A DNA stretch of 64,000 bases. It comes from Eledone cirrhosa (Eukaryota). The position numbers were made by a program, and so were the translations under genes. The notes beneath the pieces were generated by a model. It did not search any database. It was not told where the DNA came from and was given only the letters and a program-made list of their open reading frames with translations. Below, one piece after another: positions 25,595 to 37,900 of the stretch. Positions within the stretch are counted from its first letter, which is position 1, and each line of letters starts with the position of its first letter. Location: NCBI GenBank assembly GCA_964016885.1, contig OZ024741.1:170996001-171060000 (forward strand). Direction: 5' to 3'.

Positions 25595-25850
25595 GTCGCG
25601 TGATTTAATGGTTATTGATGTGGACTAACGGTCATAAAGTAGTGGGTTCGATTCCTAGACTAGGAAGAACGCTCCGTTCTTGAGAAAATCACTTTATTCC
25701 ACGTTCCTCTCCAGTACACTCAGCTGACAATGAGTACGGCAGTAGCTGGGGGTTAACGGCTTAGTGGACTGGCATCCTGTCCAAGAGGAAGTCTTGTATA
25801 TTCAGTCACTTAACGCCGATGAGAATGAAACCGATAAGTACAGGCTTCAA
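25595..25850 (+). mobile_element. SINE S2, diverged
   Basis: GGTTCGATTCC B-box followed by TTCTTGAGAAAATCACTTTATTCCACGTT...CTCAGCTG..AATGAGTAC. Confidence 0.65.
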
Positions 25851-26019
25851 CATTTTTTACTTTATCTCTGATATTATAGGGTAGTCGCTTGGAAACGTTG
25901 TCAGAATTTGTTCCGATATTTTTACCGACACTCTGCATTCTTTCAAATTGCGTCGAAGTCAACTGTCATCCTTTAAGTGTCGTTAAAAATTCCGGCCTCT
26001 CACCGGTATAGTCCTCTTT

Positions 26020-26400
26020 CATTCTAGATGCCATAGCCTGCATATTCACCCGAGTTAAGTGTGGGAGTGTTGGGAGGGTCTCTGTCAGTTCTCAGGTAGA
26101 CACATAGAAGCATTGACGAATGCATAGTAATTGTTGATATGAAGTTATTATCGATTGTACGTGATAGCCGAAATGTTACTCTGACTTTGTTGCTCTTGTT
26201 CAGACCCTCATGGTGCAATCAAAGACGTGGCTTAAGTTGAGTATGGAGGGTGGGATCCTGACCTTTTTAAATTGCTTTCGTAGCTGTTGGGAGAAAAGCA
26301 AGAAGAGATCATTGATCCAATCATAATGCTTGCCACAACATAGATTCCAGTAAATGCTTCTTTAATCTACAGATCAGTCGATGGTAACATGGTTTATTAA
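26020..26400 (-). mobile_element. possible highly degenerate RTE-type RT remnant
   Basis: Minus-strand fragments resemble D..KAF..LW..L, HEG and VYLRTD...EYA of RTE/BovB reverse transcriptase; weak. Confidence 0.3.
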
Positions 26401-26902
26401 TTAAGTGGCACTATATTGAACCAACACTGCAAAGCTGAAAGATAAAGTACATCCGGAAAATTACGAAGCCCGAACATGAAGGGACGTGACCATCCTTCAA
26501 ATTTTGATAATGATTTCTAAATTTGTCACAAAATCAGACATTTTGAGATGCAATGTGTCGCCGATCAAGCGACTACAGTATTTACATGGTATTGTGTTAT
26601 TGTATTAACTCTACACAGCGACAAAGTATAGTCGGATATAAAGTTATGTATCATAAGGTTGATTTCGAAGAATGGGTACAAATTATGAAGAGACTAACAT
26701 TTCATCCTAATTTTCGGTCGTTTATGGCGTTTAATTCTCAATTATAGAATCTTATGTCAATGACATCGTATAGAAGTTTCCTCTCAGGGGATGTATCGCT
26801 AAGTTAATTTCGAACAACTTCAGCATTTCACAAACAAAAAAAGGTTCCATGAGATGAATTTTCTTTTAATAACGTGTAATAAAAAGGTGTAAACATTTGA
26901 GT

Positions 26903-26935
<33 letters not shown>

Positions 26936-26944
26936 GTGTGTGTG

Positions 26945-27010
<66 letters not shown>

Positions 27011-27211
27011 TGTGTGTGTGTTTGTATATACATACATATAAATGAATACTAAAAACAGTTTAATTTCATTTAATCTTTATGAAAATTAGATCAGGGAAGT
27101 TCCATAAGATATTTTTGTGTTTTCTATAAACAAAAGACTGTGGTGATTTGAGAGACATTAATAATCTCTGCTCGAAAAAGACAACAACAAAAAACATCAA
27201 TAATAATAATA

Positions 27212-27468
27212 ATTGTTTCTACTTTAGGCACAAGGCCAGCAATTACTCAGTTCATTACTGGTACTTTATTTTACCGACCCCGTAAGGATGAAAGGCAAAG
27301 TCAACCTCGGCGGGATTTGAACTCAGATCGTAAAGGGACGTAACTATGCTGGAAAGCATGGCGTCCGAGCCTCTACCGATACTGCCAATCCACCAGAATG
27401 AAATAGGCCGTAACGCTATGCGTCAAAGCATGACGTCCGACCCTCTACCGATACTGCCAATCCACCGC
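27212..27468 (-). mobile_element. SINE S1 with a tandemly duplicated head (27406-27468)
   Basis: Full reverse complement of S1 at 27212-27394, plus a second CTCTACCGATACTGCCAATCCACC segment; (AAT)n on both sides. Confidence 0.85.
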
Positions 27469-27470
27469 TC

Positions 27471-27519
<49 letters not shown>

Positions 27520-27767
27520 TTTCTTTATTAACCACAAGGGTTTACATGAAGTAGACATTAAGGACAGTGCAGGACAATACAGGACGGTACTAATGGGCAT
27601 TTCTGCGTGTAAAAAACAAAAACAGAGGATGTAACAAAAAATAACAATGAAAAATTCCCCAATAGGGGGGAGACTTCGGAGGGACATTTGTGGAGAAAGC
27701 CCAGTAAAAGGCCACAGTGACCCTGACCACCAAGGCAAGTGCCCTCTCCCAGTTTTCCACCTTTAAT

Positions 27768-30700
27768 TTACATATACGTACTCAGAGTAGGCCCATTCAC
27801 TCGGGCCATTCTTGCTTCTCTCACCCATCTTTCAACAAAATGGTGGGAAGAGAGCACTTCCCTCTCTACTCTGATTTTCCTTTTCAAATGAAATTTGAAT
27901 AAGTCAATCAGGGCATCACCGAAGAGGTAAGTGCTCGTCTTCAGCCTTTTCAAACGTGTCCACCATACTATCTCTTTCGCCATGGCCACCAGACAGATAA
28001 AAACTGCCTGCCCTTCCCGGCTAAAGGAAGAGGGCGGGGCAATCCTCACGATGGACTCAGCTGATAGCCGGATGCGTCCTACACGCGACAGCAGGTGTTC
28101 GACATAAACCCACAAGTCAGCAATTTTCGGACACTTGACGAGTGCGTGCAGGACGGTTTCGTCGCCCTGCGCGCATCTCGGACATGCCCGGCTGACGGCA
28201 CCTCCATGCCTGTAGAGTTTATTCCGAACTGGCACGGCTCCTCGGTACCACTGCCAGGCCAAGGATTTCTGGAAGTTGTCCATAGACCCCGGCCCGAAAG
28301 TTCTTCCGAAGAGATTGGCTAGTTGTATTTCGTCGACGCCCAGAGTTTCCCCAAGTACGTCGTCGCTCTTCCCCTCCACTAATCCTCTATAGAACGCCGA
28401 GGTGGAGTTTCCACCGATCACATTGCCCGATTGGTCGAGGGCTGTGAGCGCCTGAAGACATTCCATTCTCCAAGCGCTCCCTCTCGGTCTTCGCTTGACC
28501 CAGGACTGCAGCTCCGTCAAGGAAACGAGCTGGGGAAATACGTGTCTAGCAAACGGCGACCACACCTGATCACCGTCGAGAAACAGGTGGAGATGTCGTA
28601 GCCTGAGCGCGTGTCTGCGCATCATCAGCCACGGCATGCTCAGCCCTCCAAGTAGCGGGTGTTGACAGCAGATGGACCGGCTGACCATCGAAGCGCGTCA
28701 CTTCCACAAAAAGCGAAAGAGCAAACGCTACAGCGCAGTCAGGCGGGGCTTAGGACAAGGTACGACGGTCAGGCGGTAGCAGATGACGAACGCGATGTAC
28801 GCGTTAGCCACCTCCGCTCGACCTTTCAGGGATAGCTTCCTCTCCGCCCATTTCTGGGTGAGAGAAGGCACCCTGCTCGTCACCTCGTCCCAGTTTTTGT
28901 CCGTCTGGAGGTCCGGACCGAACCAGACCCCTAGCAATTTAACCGGTCCGTCCGTCCAGCGTCCGACGACGCTGTTGGACGGCATGGACCTGCCTCTCCA
29001 TGTGCCGAGCTGCAGGCCCACTGACTTTTCCTGGTTGATCATTGCTCCTGTAACCGCTTCGTATTCTCTTAGTGTAGTGCCGATCGCCTCGATGTGTTTC
29101 GCGTTCGACACCACTACGGTGACATCCTCCGCATATGATGACACGGATCTTCCGCATCCTAGTTCGCGCGGGACCCCCCTCAACGTCTCCAGTTTGTGCA
29201 GTATTGGCTCGAGAGTTAATACGTACAAGAGGGACGAGAGGGGACATCCTTGGCGGACCGAGCGCATGATGTTGAACGGTTCCACCGGTGACCGTTCACT
29301 CTCACCACAGAGCAGATGTCGCTGTGCATGGCAGCGATCCAGCCTCTGAAGACGAGCCCAAAGCCAGCCGCCCTCAGGACTGCCGCTAGGTAACGATGGT
29401 CGACCCTATCGAAATCTTTCGACTGATCTAAATTGATCAAGGACCCACCCGTGCCAGGTTCCCTAGCTACCCTCTCTACGATGTATCGCATGAGATGGAG
29501 GTTGTCGTGGATGGATCTGTCGGGAATGGCGCATGTCTGCGCCTCTCCCACCAGACCACCAACGACAAGCGCCAACCTCTTTGCTCGCACCTTGGCCAAA
29601 ATCTTGAACTCTGTGTTTAGCAGAGTTATGGGCCTGAAATTATCTATGTTATCCCCCTTGTTCGGATCCTTTCTCAGCAGTGCCGCCGCTCCTCGGCTCA
29701 CAGAGCTGGGAATTCTCCTGTTCTGTTGCCAGTTGCAGTAGACGTCCGCCAAGAGGCCTCCGAACTAGTCTGGCATCTGTACGTAAAGTTCATAGGGCAG
29801 ACCATCCAAACAAGGCGATTTACCCCTTGTGCAGGCTGTCATTGCCTCCCGTACTTCAGCAGCTGTTATCGGCTTTTCGCAACACTCCGCCTCAGTAGCC
29901 GAGAGCCGCGGCAGTACGTCGAGGTAGACACTAAAGTCCATCCCTCGACCCGGCAATCCGCTGCCCCCGAACAGTTGAGCGAAGTGTCGCTGAATAGCTT
30001 CACACATTTGCCCGGGATCGAGTAGCACGCGCCAGTCGTGGTCCACCAAAGACCGGATCGTGGCTTTGTTGCCACGACGCGCCTCCGCCACTCGGACCCA
30101 TTGAACGGCTTTCGTCCCCTCGTGTCTGAGAGCACGCACCCTAGCTCTGACAACGCAGTCTTCGTGCTTTGCATTGAAGAATTGGTCAAGAGCCAATTTC
30201 GCCGCAAGCACGTGGGTCGCGATACTTTTATAAGCGCCTCGTCTAATTTTCTAACTAGTTCTCCTTCCGCTCTCTTTTTCTCTATTGCTAAAGCCTTACT
30301 AAACCTAATGGATTCTATTCTAATCGCTCTTTTCAGAGCAAACCACCACTTGTTGACGATGGCCCCCGTCAATGCCCGCTTAACTAGTTCGCTAATCCGG
30401 TCTCTGTAGGCCTTGATCGCTGGTAAATACGCGTTTAGCTTCCAGTAGCCGGGTCCTCGTCTATGAAGCCTATCTAAGTCAAGCACACAGATCACGAATT
30501 TGTGGTCCGTGTAGCTGACTATCTTGAATTGTGGACAGCCTATGCTAGACCTATCTATTTTCCTACAAAATACTCTATCTAGATATGATCTGGATGACCC
30601 TATGCGATTTGTCCAAGTCCACATTGGCACATTCGGGAAATCCAATCGTTACCTGTCAGACAGTTCAAAACGCCTGAGCAGGATGGTGAGGCTCTTGCAC

Positions 30701-31183
30701 CCTCCACCCCTATCCGCTAATCCCACACAGTCCCAGCGTGCATCAAAGATCCCGTTCCAGTCGCACACTAACACTAAAGAGCGGGACGTTCCAAGAAAGG
30801 TCTCCAGACGCCAGAAGAAATCAGGCCGCCCTGCTCCTGTCGCGGCATAGACGGCCACTAGCCTGAAAGCTTGCCCGTCTCCGCTGGTCACGTCCAGCTC
30901 CACAAACTTATCCTCTGGGTCCAGGAAGATGGCCTGTATGGCGAGATCCAAACCTCTCCGAAAAAAGCACAACAACTCCTCAACACGATCCAGGACGGCT
31001 GGGAGATGCGTATACATCGTAGCCGCCGAAGATCGGTGCGAAGGCCCGTGCTTCGGAGATTCTGGTCTCGCTGATGGCCACCAAATCTATGTTTAGTGAC
31101 CTGCGGTCGTTGAGCAGGTGACCCTGCTTCCATGACGACCCCAAACCATGCGCATTTATGCTGCCTATTCTGAGTGAGGTCAT
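27768..31183 (-). pseudogene. disrupted ORF2 (APE-RT-zinc finger) of Tx1 copy A2
   Basis: MTSLRIGSINAHGL start; several frameshifts; catalytic YADD changed to YAED and KAFD to KDFD. Confidence 0.9.
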
Positions 31184-31218
31184 GTTTAAAATGGAGTGGA
31201 AAAGATGGAAAAGACCAG

Positions 31219-33352
31219 TTATCGTACTTTTCGTAGAGGAAGGATGGTTTCTCCATCCCATTTCACTTGATCGTCTGGTGAAGGGACCGTTGAATCGTCC
31301 CTTCGGATGGTCGTCGGCTCTTCTATGACTATGTCCGAATATACTCTCCGGTTGAGAATGCCTCCTAGGCCTCTAAAATCAACAACTGCGTTGGGGAATT
31401 TCGTTTTAATGTTTGTGTATTGTTTCTGTGCTATTTTTACCAGTCTTATGTTCGTTGGCGTTTTGATTGGTGCTGGTATTATGTAGTCGTGCTGTGAAAT
31501 GTCTGTGTGTTCAATTATGTAAGTTATTAGTTTCTTGTTGTGTGTATTTATTGCAGTGCATTTGTTTTTCTGAGGGTGGGGTGTGGTTCTGCTATTTTCT
31601 TGTCGTTGTTGCTGGGTGTGCGTGTTTTATTGTTGTGTTTGCGATGTTGGTGCTTGTGGTGGTAGTGTTGAAGGTGTTGTTGTTGTTGGCGGTGGGGTTG
31701 TCGCCGGTGGTGATGGTGGTGCTAGTGTGGGTGGTGATGGTATTGGTGGTGTTGCTGCTGTGAGTCTCTTTGCAGTAGCCTTTACCCTTTTTACATTTAT
31801 TTCCTCCCTTTTCGAAGGTGACGATACGCTGCTTCTGCGTTTGTGCCTTCTTACGACCTTTTGCCATCCCTCTCCCACCTCATTCTCCATGTCTGATTCT
31901 GTGAGGTCGGGGAGGAGTACCAGCTCCACTCTTTCACTTGTTGTTGTTGGTGATGTTTTCAGCGGAGTCTCTGTTGGAGCTGCAGTTGGTATTTCTGTTG
32001 TTGTTGTTAATACTTCCACTGCTGCTGCTGTTCTTGATTTCGGTGGCGTGGGTATGGGTGCCACCGACCTATCGTTCCTGATTGCCGCTTGTCCTGTTGC
32101 TGGTAGCAATGGGGCCTATTTCGGAAGGAGGGGTTTTCTCCTTTCTCAGGGTCTTCTCGTTGCAGAAGGCCCTGAGGTGAGTCTTCGATCCACAGCGAAA
32201 GCATTTCGGGCGTTTGCCCTCAACACTTATGGGCAGTTGAGTGCCGTTATCGAAGTCTATCACACCCGGGATAGCTTCGATGCACTCCTGGTTGGTTTGG
32301 ATTAACATCTCAATGGAGGTGCCGACCCAATCTTCTCTTACTCTTTTCTGTACTTGCAGTACAGTTGTTTTGTCCTCGATTCCGACGAGGACAGACGCGG
32401 CCAGCCAAGAAGGGGCCATCCCGGGGGAGACGTGGGTCAGTTTGACCCTCACAATTTTTTGCCCGCAGTAGGAGGGCACCAACACCATTTCCTCGCTCAT
32501 TAGGGTCACTAAGGATCGAGCCTTTGCCTCAAGGGGTGTAGCAAAAAGCACGTCTACGGTGGAATATTTCTTACCTCGGGTGATATGCTTTTTCCGCTGC
32601 CACACAGACCCCAAGGCTTTTTGTATTTGAGCCTCTGTGGCTCTTTCAACCCGACGGGATTTTGTGCTTACTGTACGGTACGTGACTGTACAGTGCTGTT
32701 GGGTTTCGAAAAGGTTTTCGGGTGCCTTGCAGATTGCTCGGTGTCCGGTTTTCGTCACCATCTTCTTCGCTTCCTGTAATTCCTCAATTGTTATGAGGAT
32801 GGTTTCCAGGTTCTTTGCGATACCTGCAAACGAGATTGTTTTTTCTTTGTTGCTGTTGTTGTTGTTGTCGTCAGAGCTGCTGTTAGTTTTGTTGTTGCTG
32901 CAGGTACTACGACTACTTCCGCCGCCACTGTTGCTGTGGTTGTTGTTGTTGTTGCTGCTGCTGTTGTTGTCGCTGTTGCTGCTAATGCTGTTGTTGTGTA
33001 TGCTGCTGCTGATGCTGTTTCAGCTGCTACTGTTGTTTTCCTTGTCATTGTTGCTGCTGCTGCTGCTGCTGTTATTACGGCTGCTACTGCTATTATTCAT
33101 GACGTCAGACGAATGAAATGGGTTTTCGTATTTACTGCACACCTTTTTCGTCGTTGTCGTCGTGAAGAAATGTTTCATGCTTTTCACGTGATTTTTCTTT
33201 ACTGGCGTCGCTTGCGAAAGAGAAGGGAGGGAGAGAGACACATTTAGAGAAGGGAGCGAGAGAGACAATCTTCTCTCTGCTGTAGTGACGATTGAGGAAG
33301 AAGAAGACGGAATGAGTGGGAGTGACCTATGAAAATTCTTTTTCGTAGCCAT
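31219..33352 (-). pseudogene. disrupted ORF1 of Tx1 copy A2 (CX2CX4HX4C zinc knuckle)
   Basis: ATG at 33352 (MATKKNFHRS); pieces 33020-33385, 32069-32761 and 31627-32109. Confidence 0.8.
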
Positions 33353-33565
33353 GTTTTTTTTGTTTAAAATAAATATTGGGCACAAAACCCCAATAAGCGG
33401 TTATTTAACCCCAAAGGGCCAAATAACGGACAGAAAGACCCCTCTCACGAGGAGGAGGGTGTTTTTGTCTACAATTTGGTTAAAGTTTTAAACAATTTAC
33501 AATTGTTATAGCGGTCAAAATTTACAATACCTTACAGAGCCGAGCCTCCGTCAACCATGGCAATC

Positions 33566-33612
<47 letters not shown>

Positions 33613-33783
33613 TAATAAGGGAAGAAGACGCACGAGGTGACGGAGGTCATGAAATCGCTCCCGTAAGTTTTGAATTTTTAACATATTTAAATCATTTGTG
33701 AAATAACAACTCTTAGTACAAATGCTACGTAAAGCACCCGGCTTGAGCCCCAAAAAAATTCGGACCCAAAATATATTGTTATA

Positions 33784-34426
33784 AGGCTCAAATATTCAAA
33801 TATTCAACTTTGTATTGTACACTGTATATCCAAAAAAAAATGGCTATAAATGGAAGAAGAAGAACCCCCCCCTCCTCTCCTCTGGCTACACTATATAGGA
33901 CAGCTAAACTCACCAACACCAGAAACTAGATACACCACCCACCCCATCATCTGTGTACACTAAACACAACAGCATTTTCACCTTCACCGCCACCGCTCAC
34001 TACGGCCATCATTACCACCACTATCCCATCACCGCCGCCACCACCCCTTGACTCCTTCACTGCTGCTGCCACCGCTACAGCACCATCACTACAGTAATAC
34101 GGCTCAAATATTCAAATATTCAACTTTGTATTGTACACTGTATATCCAAAAAAAAAAAAATAAAATGGCTATAAATGGAAGAAGAAGAACCCCCCCTCCT
34201 CTCCTCTGGCTACACTATATAGGACAGCGAAACTCACCAACACCAGAAACTAGATACACCACCCACCCCATCATCTGTGTACACTAAACACAACAACATT
34301 TTCACCTTCACCGCCACCGCTCACTACGGCCATCATTACCACCACTATCCCATCACCGCCGCCACCACCCCCTGACTCCTTCACTGCTGCTGCCACCGCT
34401 ACAGCACCATCACTACAGTAATACGG
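33784..34426 (+). repeat. tandem duplication of about 320 bp in the leader (33784-34100 / 34101-34426)
   Basis: GGCTCAAATATTCAAATATTCAAC...CATCACTACAGTAATACGG occurs twice, nearly identical. Confidence 0.92.
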
Positions 34427-34995
34427 TCGCATCACCGCCACCACTGCCTCGGTATCGACATCACCACCACCACTGTCTCAGTATCGCCAACGCCGCCAGT
34501 CTCTGCTGGCTACCACTTCCACATTATAGAATTCCTACTACTAACAAAGAGGAAGGCATCAAAATATATAGATAGACTCAAAAGAAAAAAGAAAAAACAA
34601 ACAACAAAAGCAGCACAGCAACAACAGTAAAAAACGAGAAAAACAGAGAAAAACAAAAACAAAAAAAGAAACCCCAAAACGTAAAGAAAATAAGAATGAA
34701 GAGAGAAGCAGGCGGACGGACAGAGAAGAGGGGGGGAAAAAGTAAAACTTAAAAAACAAAAACTAAGTCAGACATTCGAATACTACATTACAATGAAACT
34801 TATGCTTATTCATTTTTGGGGCCCTTTCTGCCCGTGTGTTTGTTTGTTTATGTGTGTCCGTATACAGCGTGGTGATAATGCCACACAAGGGCCAAGTGGG
34901 ATGGCGGATCCACAGATGGCTATGTAAACATACATTCGCCAATCCTCGATAAGAGTGTTTAAATATCGAACATAAACAGTTCGAATAACGGTGAA

Positions 34996-37900
34996 ATGGA
35001 GACTAGAACGTCATGTGACAGACTCTCACCCAACAGGTGCCCCCTGGCTCAGCAGCAGGAACCTGACTGTCAACCAAATACTGCTGATGTTGGAGGAAGA
35101 AGAAGAAGGAAAGGGGCCAGAACCAACTGGACGAAAGAATTGAATAGAACTGTTATGCAATGCTACCTGAAAAGTAACCCCAAGGAGAGGGGCTACAGGA
35201 GACGGATGCATAACATCTGGAACGAGATTGGTTTATTTAAATTAGATGAACAAAAATTGGCCGGGCAGGCTCGGGTAATAAGAACTAATGGGTGGATAAG
35301 CGAGCTGGAACTGGAGGAACTGAGCAGAGAGAATGGCTTGGAGATGGCGGGTGTAGTATGCCAGACAAGCGAGCCGGCGGGAAATGAAGGTGAGGAGGTC
35401 CTGAGAACGGAGGAACCACCCGAAGCAGACAATGATCTGAATACTGAGATAAATAATACCTGGAACAGAGATACGGCCACTGAGGAGATGAATGCTGACG
35501 GGCTAGGACAAGATTCGGTTGACATCCTAAATTTAGTGGTAGATGAGTTGAACAATGATAGTGGGAGACCTATGAACCTAAGATTTGTAGACAGGAAAAA
35601 GTTAAAAGAAACAACAGCTAAGGTAAACAAAGTCATCCCATACCTTGAGGCGAGGAGTCTTCACCAGTGCAACAATATCCTCAAAGCAACAGCAAATACG
35701 GTGAGGAAACTACTTGGTATAAAAGCGAGAGGAAACAACAGACAAGAAAGAGCAGAGCTGTGGTGGAAGAAGCGACTGAGTGGGCAAATCGGGGAAATGA
35801 GAAATGACATAGGAAAGCTTGAGTCACTACTGAATGGGACACTAAAAAACATAGGCACTAAAAATAGACTGGAAATAAAATACAAAACTAGGAGTAAAAA
35901 GCTAAGTATTATCATAGAGGAATTGAAGCAACACATTGTAGCAAAGAGTGCCAAAATCAGGCGATACGAGAACAGAGTCAGTCAGTATAAACAGAACCGC
36001 ATGTTCGACAACAACCAGAAGATGCTGTTTGGACAGCTTGAGGGGAAAGAAAGAGGCAACGACTTGATCCCTGGGGCGGAACAAGCTAAAACATTCTGGA
36101 GAGGAATATGGGAGCAGGATGTTAGACACAATGCCCAGGCAGGGTGGATTGAGACAGTACAGAGGGAGATCGGTGAGCAGGCACAGCAACAGACTGATTT
36201 GAGTATCACAGTTGAAACGCTTAAGGGGCAAGCCAAAAAACTAACCAACTGGAAATCACCAGGCCCAGATGGTGTGCAGGGGTATTGGATTAAACATTTA
36301 ACATCCCTCCACCCGAAGCTGACGGCCATGTTCAATGACTGCTTGGTGTCGGGTGAGGTGCCAGAGTGGTTGACAAAAGGTACCACAGTTCTGATAATGA
36401 AAGACCGAATCAAGGGTAATGTGGTTATCAACTATAGACCTATCACATGTCTGCCCGTAATGTGGAAACTGTTGACGAGCATTGTGTCTGAGGAAATCTA
36501 CCATCACCTCCACACAAACAACTTGTTGCCGGACGAACAGAAAGGATGCCGAAAGAAGTCACGTGGTACAAAGGACCAGTTGCTTATTGATAAGATGGTA
36601 ATGGGGAATTGCAGGAGGAGACACACTGATCTTGCCATGGGATGGATAGACTACAGAAAGGCATTTGACATGGTGCCTCATTCCTGGATCACCAAAAGCC
36701 TGGAGATCTTCAGGGTGGCAGATAACATCAGACAGTTGCTGGGCAGGAGTATGGGGTCCTGGGAGACAGAGTTGACATCAACTGGAGTATCCTTGGGAAA
36801 CGTGAAGATCAAGAGAGGTATCTTCCAGGGAGATAGCCTGTCCCCTCTGTTGTTTGTCCTTGCCCTGATGCCCTTGACCATTATGTTGCGAAAAGTGAGA
36901 GCAGGATACAAGTTGGGAAGGGGAGAGCTTACCATCAATCACCTCCTCTTCATGGACGATCTTAAGCTCTTCGGGAAAAGTGAGAAGGAGTTGGATGTGC
37001 TTGTTGACACTGTCCGTATTTTCTGCAGTGATATATGTATGCAGTTTGGTATTGGTAAATGTGGAGTCATTGTGATGAGGAGGGGTAGGTTGAGCAGAAG
37101 TAACGGGATCCAGATACCAACAGGTGAGATGATAAAGGAAATTGACTCTGAGGAAGGATACAAGTATTTGGGCGTTCTGGAGGCTGATGGCATAAAGAAC
37201 AAAAAAATGAAGGAATTGTTAAGAACTGAATACATTCGGAGAGTAAGGAGCGTATTGAAGTCACATCTGAACAGCAGAAATGCCATAAGCGCAGTAAATT
37301 CCCGAGCTGTGTCTATTATTAGGTACAGTGCGGGAATTCTGAGATGGAATGTTGCTGAACAAAAAGAAATGGATAGGAAGACTAGGAAGCTATTGACTAT
37401 CTACAACATGTTCCACAAGAGGAGTGATGTCGATAGACTCTACCTAAGGAGATCTGAGGGTGGAAGAGGTCTTATCAGCATAGAGGACTGTGTTCAGATG
37501 GAGAAAAACAACCTATACAAATACGTGACCTATAGTAAGGAGCCAATGCTCAGAGCTGTACTGAAGGAGGGGACAGTAGGCCAGGGGATACCCAAGGAGG
37601 AAATAACATCAAGGAGGAAGAGCAGCCTTAAGGGAAAATCCCTTCATAGTACCTTCTTTGAGAAAACTGAATTTAGAGATCCACAGACATGGAACTGGTT
37701 GAGAAGAGGAGACCTCAAAAAGGCTACAGAAGGAATGCTAATGGCTGCGCAGGAGCAGGCCCTCAAAACGAAGTGGTTGAAGCACCATATCTACAAGGAG
37801 GAGGCTAGCCCACTGTGCAGGATCTGTGGAGAGAGAGAGGAGACTGTGGCTCACATTGTGTCCGAGTGTAAACACCTAGCCCAGACCCACTATAAGGGCT

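Larger units (their letters stand above)
27518..33565 (-). mobile_element. Tx1/L1-clade LINE, family A copy 2 (full length, about 6.05 kb)
   Basis: 5' UTR, ORF1 with CFRCGSKTHLRAFC knuckle, ORF2 APE-RT-CCHC, AATAAA; flanked by (AAT)n at 27473-27517 and 33566-33618. Confidence 0.95.

Noticed and set aside
34860-34950. Possible HDV-like ribozyme upstream of the D1 ORF (and 39370-39495 for D2; both contain GGATGGCGG)
   Set aside because: Some helices can be drawn, but I could not fit the canonical P1/P1.1/P2/P3/P4 topology by eye; a motif search is needed.
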